From the IMG/VR virus record IMGVR_UViG_2703718794_000007: DNA of 39,067 nt; one strand, written 5' to 3'. The stretch comes from a virus. Its lineage: Duplodnaviria > Heunggongvirae > Uroviricota > Caudoviricetes. Under the pieces are notes generated by a model. The model searched no databases, had not been told where the DNA came from, and saw nothing but the letters and a program-made list of their open reading frames with translations. Below are positions 19,288 through 28,438 of this stretch, one piece after another (the stretch's first letter is position 1; every line of letters begins with the position of its first letter). The position numbers and the translations under genes were made by a program.

Positions 19288-19555
19288 CTTTTGCAATATC
19301 GTTGCGTAGCTGTTCACGTCTGGCCTCTCCGTCCTGATTTCGCTGTTGATTTTCCACGCGGAGTTGCGCCAGCACCTGCTGCATATCCTGTACCCCGGTG
19401 CTGATGATATTCAGTGTGTCGACGGTACTTTTCAGGGCGCTGGCCTGCGCTTCGTTTCTGGCGTTCTCCCGGCCCAGCGACCACGACAGACGCATGGATG
19501 TTCCCCATGCGGCAATCAGAAGGAAAGCGACGCCTAGCGTGGGCCAGAGCTTCAT
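19148..19555 (-). CDS. Inner-membrane spanin (LysB/Rz-like)
   Basis: ORF 19148-19699; from MKLWPTLGVAFLLIAAWG it has an N-terminal TM then coiled coil; ATGA-coupled to the endolysin. Confidence 0.65.
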   Translation of the reverse strand: MKLWPTLGVAFLLIAAWGTSMRLSWSLGRENARNEAQASALKSTVDTLNIISTGVQDMQQVLAQLRVENQQRNQDGEARREQLRNDIAKDECAHALPDARFSDRLRRHAERATASAVSPAYTADADHTGNASPLP

Positions 19556-19944
19556 GTCGGATAGGCTCCGTGTGGTAACTGAAAATGCGGTCCGTCTTTC
19601 AGGGTCTTCCAGTCGCCGCCCCATTCCACCGGAATATTCAGTTCCCGGCTGGCCTGTCTGAATGCTGCTGCGATTTTTTCGTACAGCGGCCATTCCCATG
19701 ACACCTGGCTGCCGATATAAGCCACAACATCCACGGCATGTCCCGTAAGGTGGCGGCTGTTCATGGTCTGGCTCTTACCTGTGGCCACAAGTTGCTTCTG
19801 GCGGTAACGGCTGCGCAACCCTTCGGTGATACCAAAATCCACTTCCGAAATTTCCAGTGCTCGTCGGGTCACTTTCACCAGATCTGGATTTACGCCCTGC
19901 AAATTCTTTTCGCTCCGGCTGCTGAATTTAAATGTGTTGCTCAT
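19552..19944 (-). CDS. Endolysin, peptidase M15 (VanY-like zinc peptidase) family
   Basis: 130 aa; SRHLTGHAVD zinc-binding motif; located between holin and spanins. Confidence 0.75.
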   Translation of the reverse strand: MSNTFKFSSRSEKNLQGVNPDLVKVTRRALEISEVDFGITEGLRSRYRQKQLVATGKSQTMNSRHLTGHAVDVVAYIGSQVSWEWPLYEKIAAAFRQASRELNIPVEWGGDWKTLKDGPHFQLPHGAYPT

Positions 19945-20264
19945 TCGTCCTTCTCCTTCACCCTGCGATTAAAGGCTGCAATAACCTTGTCGCGTGCTTT
20001 CTCTGCGCCCATAAAACCGATTGATGCGCCGATAAACGTCACGGCATCTTCAGGAAAACCGAAGAAGCGCAACGACCCGGCCACGGCCATGGCAAGAACG
20101 CCGCACGCCAGCGATCCCGTTACGGTCTGAACCAGTGTTCGTCCGTCATAAAGACTCATCAGCGCGGAAATGCTGACCGCCGCGCCTACTGCATACACCG
20201 TTGGCAGGTGGTCAAAGAGCCACGCAATAACCTGCTCTGTGATCCCTGTTTGAATGGTGCTCAC
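19941..20264 (-). CDS. Holin (GTG start inferred)
   Basis: In-frame GTG directly after the X stop, preceded by GGGGAG; about 107 aa with hydrophobic helices. Confidence 0.55.
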   Translation of the reverse strand: MSTIQTGITEQVIAWLFDHLPTVYAVGAAVSISALMSLYDGRTLVQTVTGSLACGVLAMAVAGSLRFFGFPEDAVTFIGASIGFMGAEKARDKVIAAFNRRVKEKDE

Positions 20265-20266
20265 TG

Positions 20267-20467
20267 CTACTCCCCCCACAACTGAATCATTTCTCGTTTC
20301 TTCTTCTCCGGCTCCGGCATCTCCACTTCCTGCCCGGCGTCCAGAAATACCTGCTGACAGAGTCCGGGGTTGGCATCCAGCACCTTTTCGGTGACGCCCT
20401 GCGTCGTGCCGTAGTACCGGAAACAGAGCGAATCCACGGTGTCGCCTTCCAGTGCCTTCACTTTCAT
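20267..20467 (-). CDS. X: Tail protein X (LysM-like)
   Basis: 66 aa MKVKALEGDTVDSLCFRYYG... matches P2 gpX; its ATG overlaps the L stop. Confidence 0.8.
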   Translation of the reverse strand: MKVKALEGDTVDSLCFRYYGTTQGVTEKVLDANPGLCQQVFLDAGQEVEMPEPEKKKREMIQLWGE

Positions 20468-20970
20468 CAGCACAACTCCGCAAAGATTCGCGGGCGGCAC
20501 AGAATGTCAGAGATGGCCCAGCTCACATCGCGCCACAAATCCGATGTCTGTATATCCAGTGCGTCCGCCCGGCGGTCGCCCTTGTCCGTTGTGTCCGCAT
20601 CGCGGTAACGCTCCAGAATCAGGGCGCGTGTGGCGGTATAAACAGCATTGCGCCAGTGCCAGAGATTGACGCTTTCTCCGTTAATTACGGGTGCCGGAAC
20701 ATCGGCCAGCGTCTGATGGCCAGCCGCCTGCTGTTCCTGCTGCCATGCTTCCAGCTCGCGGGTAACGTGAGCCACCGCCCCGGTGGCGGTATGCAGCAGG
20801 CGGGAGGTGGTCACACGGCCCGGAAGTCGTATCGCCAGACGCAGCTCACGCAGCACAATATCCGGCCAGAATGCACCTGCTGAAATGCGGGTATCGCCAT
20901 CATCGGTATCGGTGATGTCGTCCTCTGCGGGTCTTGGTTCAGTTCTGGCAACCATACTCATGGGGTTCAC
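20467..20970 (-). CDS. L: Head completion protein L
   Basis: 167 aa downstream of M. Confidence 0.8.
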   Translation of the reverse strand: MNPMSMVARTEPRPAEDDITDTDDGDTRISAGAFWPDIVLRELRLAIRLPGRVTTSRLLHTATGAVAHVTRELEAWQQEQQAAGHQTLADVPAPVINGESVNLWHWRNAVYTATRALILERYRDADTTDKGDRRADALDIQTSDLWRDVSWAISDILCRPRIFAELC

Positions 20971-21062
20971 TCCTGAAAAAATCGGGCGGTGGGTGCGTGG
21001 TGTAAACGGTCACGGAGTCAAACCAGAACACCGCGCACGCCGCCCGCTGACGGGGTCAGTCG

Positions 21063-21863
21063 TTAACCGCGCTTCGCCTTCTGCGTCGCGGTGGTTTTTC
21101 GTGTTGCAGGCTTCCGCGTTGTCTTTTTACTTTTGCTGCTTTCGTCCTGCGCCTGCTGTGCGCTGGCGTCTTCTGGTGCGACTGCGGAATCGGCTTTTTT
21201 CAGGGCGCGGGAAAGGGTTGCAATCTCGCGTTTCACACCTGCGTTCGGGTTCAGGTGCATTGCTTCGCGCAGCAGCTTCAGTGACAGGGCCATGCTGTCC
21301 GCATCAGTCAGGCCACGGCGGGCAAAGGCGCACGCCTTGCATAATTTGGCGCGCACTTCGTCCGGCATGTCCTGGTCGGTGACAATCTCCCGGAGGGTGT
21401 CCAGTGGTTCGATAAAGGCGGACAAATCCGCGTCGGCATCCGTCCCGGCCTGCGTCAGTACCGGATTGCAGATTTCTTCGGTCAGCACTGTGGCAGCAGT
21501 ACGGCCAAAGTTATCCGGCATGATGAGGTTATGACGGACCACATACGCGCCGATACGCAGCGCAAGCGGAAGATCGCCGCAGTCAATCGCCCACACCATC
21601 AGCGTGGCAATCACTTCATCCTGCTGCCCGCCGTCAGCCTCCAGTGTTCCCTCAATCCAGCCGGAAAAGTCCGGCAACAACTCTTTTTTGATGGCGGCTT
21701 TCGTGCTTCTGGCCTGTACGCCCTTAAGCCGGGCCTGTGCCAGACGCAGACGATACAGCACCTCTTCATGCGCGGTACGCGCGGCGTGGTCCACGCCTTC
21801 ATTTGCCCGGCCTGCGCGCTGTGCCATCACGTTCTGCCAGTGTTGCTGTGCAGGAGTAATCAT
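21063..21863 (-). CDS. M: Terminase endonuclease/small subunit M
   Basis: 266 aa downstream of N; basic Lys/Thr-rich C-terminus. Confidence 0.85.
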   Translation of the reverse strand: MITPAQQHWQNVMAQRAGRANEGVDHAARTAHEEVLYRLRLAQARLKGVQARSTKAAIKKELLPDFSGWIEGTLEADGGQQDEVIATLMVWAIDCGDLPLALRIGAYVVRHNLIMPDNFGRTAATVLTEEICNPVLTQAGTDADADLSAFIEPLDTLREIVTDQDMPDEVRAKLCKACAFARRGLTDADSMALSLKLLREAMHLNPNAGVKREIATLSRALKKADSAVAPEDASAQQAQDESSKSKKTTRKPATRKTTATQKAKRG

Positions 21864-21908
21864 TTGTTCTCTCCGTTACAGGCGGGCATGATGCCCGCCG
21901 TGAGTTGA

Positions 21909-22961
21909 TTAGCTGTCGGCGAACTTCAGGCCAGTGACCATCGCGCACTTGCCATAGTCTTCAACGACATAAGCGTCATTGATGGACTGGTAGGTGGCGA
22001 TGCGGTTGTATTCCGGTTCGTCTTTCATCAGACGACGCATTGAACCTTTCTGCCAGTAAATCGACAGGTTGTTGAACGAGGTGATCAGCATCGTTGCATC
22101 CGGGAAGAACGGCGCAAGGAACACGCCCAGCCCGCCAATGGTGCGCGATGACAGGATGAGCTGCCCGGCAAGTAATTCCGCATTGGGATTCTGGCCGCTG
22201 ATGCTGTTCAGCACGGGCAGACGCAGCGAGTTAAACAGGTTGCGTCCCATAATCACCACGAGGTCGTCAGCTTCCTTGTGCCATTCATCCAGCAGGGATG
22301 AGCGTGCGTCCTGTACCAGTGCATCAGCGTTCGCATACTTACCCGCGTGCGCCACGGTGTTGTCCATGTTGCGGGAGGTCAGCGTCACGTCATTCATTAC
22401 GCGCTCGCTGGCGTCGGTTCTGATGTGCTCCAGCCATCCCACGTTAACGTCCTGAAGCAGTTTGTTAGTGTTGAAGTTGGACTCATCTGCGTGAGACGTG
22501 CCGTTGAAACCGATCATGATGCGGTCAAGCGCCACCTGTCGGGCAATCTGCGCGCTGATGCGGGACTGAAAATCAGGGTGTGCCGACCAGGCATCAAGCT
22601 GCGGATACGAAATAAACGTGTCGTAGTTCACCTGTTCGCACTGGTATTTGCGGTTTTTCAGATCAACCACGTTATTCGGGTTACGGCGTTTTGTTCCGTC
22701 ATAACTGGTATTCGTGCGCGCAATCGGTCCTGTGGTGTCCAGGAGGATTTTTTCGCCTTTCTGGTCGGTCACGCCGATCACGTTAATTCTTTTCGTAAAT
22801 TCGGTACTTTCCTTTGAGGCGTTTTCAAAACGCTGCTGTACCGCGGGTTCCACGGTAAATCGCGATACCAGTGCAGATACCGGGATATTGTTAAGCGACG
22901 CCTGCTGCGCCATATAGCAACCCAGCTTGTTGCGGGTAATATCTGACATCACCAGATTCAT
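21909..22961 (-). CDS. N: Major capsid protein N
   Basis: 350 aa; FTVEP, GEKI and GFNG motifs align with P2 gpN. Confidence 0.9.
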   Translation of the reverse strand: MNLVMSDITRNKLGCYMAQQASLNNIPVSALVSRFTVEPAVQQRFENASKESTEFTKRINVIGVTDQKGEKILLDTTGPIARTNTSYDGTKRRNPNNVVDLKNRKYQCEQVNYDTFISYPQLDAWSAHPDFQSRISAQIARQVALDRIMIGFNGTSHADESNFNTNKLLQDVNVGWLEHIRTDASERVMNDVTLTSRNMDNTVAHAGKYANADALVQDARSSLLDEWHKEADDLVVIMGRNLFNSLRLPVLNSISGQNPNAELLAGQLILSSRTIGGLGVFLAPFFPDATMLITSFNNLSIYWQKGSMRRLMKDEPEYNRIATYQSINDAYVVEDYGKCAMVTGLKFADS

Positions 22962-22984
22962 AAAAAATTTGCTCCTTTGTCTTA

Positions 22985-23821
22985 TCAGAAGTCAGCCAGC
23001 TGGTCGGAGGCTGCGCCCGTTGCGGTGAAGCGGTTCTGCGGATCGCCGTCCTGCGTGCGCAGTTTTTCCTTCAGTGCTGTCAGCTCTGTGGTCAGTGACG
23101 TAATTTTCTGGCGGTCCTGCTGATGGCGGGTTTCCAGCACATTAAAACGGTCGATAATGTCGGCCTGTGACGTTGCGACGCCTTCCACCGCTTCCTGAAT
23201 ACGGGAAAAACTGGCGTCATCCGCTTTGCGGCCACGGCCAATAATCCCCATTACGCGGTTAAACCACTGGGTGCCTTCTTCCTGGCGTTGTTCTGCCATT
23301 TCGATGATTTCAGACTCGATGGCTTCGGAGATAAGCGGTGCTTCACCCTGGATACTGTTGAACGTCATCACCGCCTGACGCTGCTGTGCCGTGAATTTCA
23401 GGCGCTCAGTGCCCAGGCTTGCCGGGGTGTCGGTCATCGCCAGCCCGACCAGATAGGCGCGCCCGTTAACGGAGAACTGCGGGTGCAGTTCGATACTGGA
23501 ATAGATTTTCTTGCCGTCAGCGACAAGCTGCTTCATGCGTTCGGTCGGTTCGATTTCTGCATACAGCGCAGTACGTCCGGCCAGCGGGCCTTCCGTAATA
23601 TCTTCTGTACTCAGCGCGGTGACATCGCCCATTGCGGAAAATTCGCTTGACGGGCATGGCGAGAGATAGTGCTCAACGTTCACGCGGGCAGCGTAAACAT
23701 CCGGGTTGAAGTTCTCGGCGGCTTCACGCAGATGTACCGGGCTGATTTCACGGCCATCAACAGTTGATCCTGAGACAGCCACGCGAAACTTTTTGCGGGA
23801 TGTCTTTTTTTCATTAGCCAT
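22985..23821 (-). CDS. O: Capsid scaffold protein O
   Basis: ORF 22985-23854; start at MANEKK; YLVGLAMTDTPASLGTE matches P2 gpO. Confidence 0.85.
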   Translation of the reverse strand: MANEKKTSRKKFRVAVSGSTVDGREISPVHLREAAENFNPDVYAARVNVEHYLSPCPSSEFSAMGDVTALSTEDITEGPLAGRTALYAEIEPTERMKQLVADGKKIYSSIELHPQFSVNGRAYLVGLAMTDTPASLGTERLKFTAQQRQAVMTFNSIQGEAPLISEAIESEIIEMAEQRQEEGTQWFNRVMGIIGRGRKADDASFSRIQEAVEGVATSQADIIDRFNVLETRHQQDRQKITSLTTELTALKEKLRTQDGDPQNRFTATGAASDQLADF

Positions 23822-23975
23822 AGTTTTTGCCCCTCTGACTGGTTCTTCAGTCATGATGGCAAAGCGTAACAGGCTGATACAAAGGGCTTTTGTTGTAAGA
23901 AAACAGTCAGAACAGAGGGTTAAGGAGAACAGTTTCGCGCGCGGGTAATCTTCCTGTAATTACTCAGGGGGAGCA

Positions 23976-25727
23976 ATGATTCAGGACGCTTTTGTGCGCC
24001 AGCGTGCGCGGCAACTTTACTGGCAGGGTTATCCGCCCGCAGAAATATCACGTCTGATGGGAATAAACCCGAACACGATTTATGCGTGGAAAAAACGTGA
24101 CCAGTGGGATGAAACGCCACCCGTGCAGCGTGTCACGCAGTCCATCGATGCGCGCCTCATCCAGCTTACTGAAAAACAGAATAAAACAGGCGGTGACTTT
24201 AAGGAAATAGACCTGCTGACCCGGCAGCTTAAAAAGCTGCATGATGGCCAGCCGGATGTGATGGCCGCAGGAAAGAAAGGCCGGGCGAAAAAACTCAAAA
24301 ATCATTTCACGCCGGAACAGATTGCCGCACTGCGGGAAAAAATCATCAGCAGGCTGGAGTGGCATCAGCGGGGCTGGTTTGACTCCCTGACCCTTTGCAG
24401 GGAAGCCGGGATACGTAACAGGATGATCCTGAAATCCCGACAGATTGGGGCGACCTGGTATTTTGCACAGGAAGCACTGCTGATGGCGCTGCGTGACGAT
24501 GTGGCGCAACCTTACCAGCGTAACCAGATTTTTTTGTCTGCGTCGCGTCGTCAGGCGTTCCAGTTTAAAAGCATTATTCAGAAGGCCGCGGCTGAAGTTG
24601 ATGTGGAGCTGAAAGGGGGCGATAAAATCATCCTCTCCAACGGCGCAGAGCTGCATTTTCTCGGCACTTCTGCTGCGTCGGCACAGTCCTATACGGGCAA
24701 TTTTTATTTTGATGAATTTTTCTGGGTCAGTCGCTTTGCTGAACTGCGCAAGGTGGCTGGCGCTATGGCAACCCTCAGCGGACTGCGGCGCACCTACTTC
24801 TCCACGCCATCCACCGAAACGCACGAGGCATACGCCTACTGGAACGGCGACCGCTGGAACGAGAAAAAGGCCTCGCATAAACGCCAGCGTTTTTCTGTGG
24901 ACTGGAAAACGCTGCATAACGGGCTTATCTGCCCTGACCGGACGTGGCGGCAAATTGTCACGCTGGAAGATGTGGTTAATCACGGCTGGAAACACACCGA
25001 TATCGACGAAATTCGTGATGAAAACACCGAAGACGAGTTCCTCAATCTATATATGTGTGAGTTTGTCCGCGAAGGGGAATCGGCATTTAACCTGAATATC
25101 CTGATTGGCTGCGGTGTTGACGGATACGACGACTGGAAAGACTGGAAACCTTTTGCTCCCCGCCCGATGGGGAATCGTCCGGTATGGATTGGGTATGACG
25201 CAAACGGCAGTAGTGGCAACGGCGACAGCGGCGCTGTGTCCGTGGTGGTTCCTCCGGCTGTTCCTGGCGGCCGTTTTCGAACAGTGGAGACGCGACGCGT
25301 TCAGGGGCTGGAGTTTGAAGAACAGGCCAGAGTCATTGAAGAGTTCACGTGTCGCTACAACGTGGAACACATCGGCATTGATGTGACGGGCGGGAACGGG
25401 GAGGCTGTTTATCAGATAGTGAAGCGGTTTTTCCCTGCTGCTATTCCGTACACCTTCACGCTGTCATCAAAACGGTCGCTGGTACTGAAAATGCTGCAAA
25501 TAATGCGTGCCGGGCGGTGGGAATACGATCGCGCCGAACGCGAGCTGGTCGCGGCCTTTAACGCCGTGCGTAAGGTGAAAACACCGGGCGGCTTTATCAC
25601 TTACGAAACGGACCGCGCGAGGGGGATCAGCCACGGCGACCTTGCGTGGGCAACCATGCTTGCTGTCATTAACGAACCAATTGGCGGCGAAGGAGAAAAC
25701 GAGCGTTTCATGGTTATGGAGTTCTGA
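23976..25727 (+). CDS. P: Terminase ATPase large subunit P
   Basis: 583 aa, divergent from O. Confidence 0.9.
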   Translation: MIQDAFVRQRARQLYWQGYPPAEISRLMGINPNTIYAWKKRDQWDETPPVQRVTQSIDARLIQLTEKQNKTGGDFKEIDLLTRQLKKLHDGQPDVMAAGKKGRAKKLKNHFTPEQIAALREKIISRLEWHQRGWFDSLTLCREAGIRNRMILKSRQIGATWYFAQEALLMALRDDVAQPYQRNQIFLSASRRQAFQFKSIIQKAAAEVDVELKGGDKIILSNGAELHFLGTSAASAQSYTGNFYFDEFFWVSRFAELRKVAGAMATLSGLRRTYFSTPSTETHEAYAYWNGDRWNEKKASHKRQRFSVDWKTLHNGLICPDRTWRQIVTLEDVVNHGWKHTDIDEIRDENTEDEFLNLYMCEFVREGESAFNLNILIGCGVDGYDDWKDWKPFAPRPMGNRPVWIGYDANGSSGNGDSGAVSVVVPPAVPGGRFRTVETRRVQGLEFEEQARVIEEFTCRYNVEHIGIDVTGGNGEAVYQIVKRFFPAAIPYTFTLSSKRSLVLKMLQIMRAGRWEYDRAERELVAAFNAVRKVKTPGGFITYETDRARGISHGDLAWATMLAVINEPIGGEGENERFMVMEF

Positions 25728-26773
25728 TGAGCAGAAAAAATAAAAAAGTGCGCATGAGTTCACGCATTGATCTCGCTGATGCGCTCAGGAAAGAATCATC
25801 GCTCAGTGCATTCACATTTGATGGTCCTTATCGCCTGACCGGGCATGACCTGCTGGACAATATGTACTGTGCTGATAACGGGCGGTGGTATGAAACCCCG
25901 GTGGACTGGTACGGTCTGGCAAGAGCAGCCCGGCAAACGTCCTGGCATCAGTCTGCGCTTTACTTTAAGCGCAATGTATTACTCGGTTGCTACATCCCGC
26001 ACCCGCTGCTTTCCCGGCAGGATTTCTCGGCGCTGGCGCTGGACTGGTTTGTGTTCGGTAACGCATTCCTTGAGCTTCGAAGCAATATGCTCGGCGAACC
26101 GCTTAAATTACGGCACGCCCTGGCGAAATACATGCGACGCGGAAGCGATCTTGAATCATGGTGGTATGTGCAGGATGGCAAGGACGCGTTTCAGTTTCGT
26201 CCTGGCAAAGTGTGCCACCTGATGAATCCGGATATTAACCAGGAAATCTACGGCATGCCGGAATATCTTGGCGCATTACTCTCGGCCAGCCTTTCTCATT
26301 CGGCGGACATGTTCAGAAAACTGTACTACGACAACGGATCCCACGCCGGGTGCATCATCTACATCGGTGCAGCGCAGGTAAACCGCGAAAGCATGGACTC
26401 CCTGAAAGAAACGCTACAGGGGGCACGTGGTGGTGGTGCGTTTAAAAACGTGCTCATTCATGCGCCCAACGGGGGCAAAGAGGGGGTGCAAATTTTGCCG
26501 TTCCAGCAGATCACCGCAAAAGATGAATTCATGAATGTTAAGGCGGCATCCCGTGATGATGTGCTGGCTGCGCACCGCGTTCCGCCGCAACTGATGGGGG
26601 CGATGCCGGGCGAAAAAAGTGCGTTTGGCGATGTGGAGAAGGCAGCGCGGGTTTACGCAATTAACGAGCTGATGCCCGTCATGGAGGCTATGAAGCACAT
26701 CAATGACTGGCTTGGCGAAGAGGTGATCCGTTTTAACTCTTATGCTCTTCTTGATGAAAAAACAGCCCCGTGA
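25727..26773 (+). CDS. Q: Portal protein Q
   Basis: 348 aa, overlapping the P stop. Confidence 0.9.
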   Translation: MSRKNKKVRMSSRIDLADALRKESSLSAFTFDGPYRLTGHDLLDNMYCADNGRWYETPVDWYGLARAARQTSWHQSALYFKRNVLLGCYIPHPLLSRQDFSALALDWFVFGNAFLELRSNMLGEPLKLRHALAKYMRRGSDLESWWYVQDGKDAFQFRPGKVCHLMNPDINQEIYGMPEYLGALLSASLSHSADMFRKLYYDNGSHAGCIIYIGAAQVNRESMDSLKETLQGARGGGAFKNVLIHAPNGGKEGVQILPFQQITAKDEFMNVKAASRDDVLAAHRVPPQLMGAMPGEKSAFGDVEKAARVYAINELMPVMEAMKHINDWLGEEVIRFNSYALLDEKTAP

Positions 26774-26787
26774 TGGGGCTATCCTTT

Positions 26788-27312
26788 TTACCAGAGTTGA
26801 ACCATTTTCTGGGTGCCGTCAGGCTTGAGATTATCAATTTCAGAGAGAACGTAATATTGAATGGCTTCACAAACGGTGGTGTAGGGTGAATTACCTTCTT
26901 TAAGTGGCACGATATTATTATTAACGCGAACCTGTATTTCATCGTTATACATTGCGATCGAAACAGGAGTGTGCACGAACGCGACTTCGCCAGGTGTGTC
27001 GTCAACCACCGTTTCAATACTAAAAGTCAGTTTTCGCTCATCATTGCTGCCCCGTGCTTTGGGGGTAGCGGCAGGGATCTGGGATAAAGGCATTCTGCGA
27101 AATCCTTCGGCTGCTTCCAGTCCGCATGAAACGTAATGCTGGCGATTACCGTCGCTATCTGTCCAGGTCTGTGATGGCAGCTCCAGCGAGATTTCATAAG
27201 CATCAACAATGCCCTGGGCAAGGCGTACAAGCGGGGTCAGATCTTCATTGCGGCGAAAGCTCTCCTTTACCAGCTCCCGTTTTTCTCTTAACTGCTTGTA
27301 ATTAATGACCAT
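26788..27312 (-). CDS. Hypothetical protein between the portal gene and the presumed cos region
   Basis: ORF 26788-27351; start at MVINYK with a GGAGG RBS; convergent with Q, 14 bp apart. Confidence 0.55.
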   Translation of the reverse strand: MVINYKQLREKRELVKESFRRNEDLTPLVRLAQGIVDAYEISLELPSQTWTDSDGNRQHYVSCGLEAAEGFRRMPLSQIPAATPKARGSNDERKLTFSIETVVDDTPGEVAFVHTPVSIAMYNDEIQVRVNNNIVPLKEGNSPYTTVCEAIQYYVLSEIDNLKPDGTQKMVQLW

Positions 27313-27811
27313 AAGACAGCCTCCATTGATTTCTTTGCTCGTATTTTGCACTTATGAAGTATGGTCGGCAAGGTGCCGTATCGCTGACGCGCTTCGCTTG
27401 TCTGCTGCTTCGCCGGGGCATAAAAAATTTATGCCCCGGCTCTCCAGCTCCTGTATCAATCAGATAATTTCACGACGCCTTCCAGTTTATCGCCACCATC
27501 GACGGTCAGACTCTTACGCAATTCCACCGCGTTGACTGTATGTTCTCGCTGCCTCAGTGCGATTTTGACGGCCTTACCTTTCACCCCATCAAATCAAAAG
27601 CCCTCACGCCTTTTTCATGCTCAGCGTGAGAAATATGGCCATTCTGTTGTGTCTCTGCGACATCGTTCAGGGAATGCTATTTACCCCCTGAAACGCGGGC
27701 TGTTCCCCCGTCACCTGCGCGCAGAAAAAACGCGTTTTTTTGTGCACGCACGGATCCTTGACGGATCCAGCCGCCACGCGGGCCGGAAGGGCAAAAAGTC
27801 GTTCAAAAAAA

Positions 27812-27848
27812 TTGTGCAAATTTGTGCACTATTGTGCATTGCGCACTT
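27812..27848. repeat. Three TTGTGCA direct repeats at exact 10-bp spacing plus a GCGCAC variant
   Basis: TTGTGCA at 27812, 27822 and 27832; contains the palindrome TGCAAATTTGCA. Confidence 0.5.
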
Positions 27849-27857
27849 GTTATAAAT

Positions 27858-27886
27858 AAACAAAAAAAGAGCCGCTATTGCGGCTC
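27858..27886 (-). terminator. Intrinsic terminator of the HTH-peptidase/PIN operon
   Basis: On the minus strand, 7-bp stem GAGCCGC/GCGGCTC followed by a T-run, 34 nt after the PIN stop. Confidence 0.6.
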
Positions 27887-27919
27887 AATATAATCCAATA
27901 TGGCAAGAGAGATTTGGAT

Positions 27920-28438
27920 TCATTCGAAACTGGCAAGAATCTGTTCTCGAACAGAAGATTTCATCGTTAACCCACGATCTAGGAAAAATTGGAAATGCAT
28001 TAAGGCTTGTTGTTTGTGGATAAGTCTCCTGTGCACAGCCTCTTGAAGTAGCCCTCCGTGGCGGGCGGCTTTTACACCGCGTTCCGCACACGTTTTATAA
28101 ACCGCATTATCCGCCGAAAGACATGTTGCATCATGTATTCTCGCGTTAACAACGCAGCTTATGTCCGCATACTTCAATGCTCTCCTGCGATTTTTTATCT
28201 CAGCCATTTCAATAAAATGTTCAGGTTCGTAATCATTGGTGAAATTGTATGGAAGTTGCAGGCGTGTAAGCTGTTCCTGAACATCAAGATTGTATTTAGC
28301 TTTTAGTTCCTCGCAGACATAGGGGTCAATCCACACACCACCCGGGTAAATTTGCCAGATAAGATCTAAGCATTTACCTTCGTAAAAATCAGACAGTACA
28401 TTCGTATCGATAACACATCTGGGGCATTCAAACGGCAT
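27920..28438 (-). CDS. PIN-domain protein (putative toxin/nuclease)
   Basis: ORF 27920-28471; from MPFECPRCVIDTNVLSD it shows the PIN-type N-terminal Asp motif and a later HDAT acidic motif; start overlaps the upstream gene. Confidence 0.7.
   Translation of the reverse strand: MPFECPRCVIDTNVLSDFYEGKCLDLIWQIYPGGVWIDPYVCEELKAKYNLDVQEQLTRLQLPYNFTNDYEPEHFIEMAEIKNRRRALKYADISCVVNARIHDATCLSADNAVYKTCAERGVKAARHGGLLQEAVHRRLIHKQQALMHFQFFLDRGLTMKSSVREQILASFE

Noticed and set aside
21091-21908. Plus-strand ORFs overlapping gene M
   Set aside because: Antisense to a conserved terminase subunit gene; compositionally biased shadow frames.
27305-27855. Two plus-strand ORFs (76 and 107 aa) in the presumed cos region
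   Set aside because: Composition is non-coding-like and the region is better explained by regulatory repeats and hairpins.
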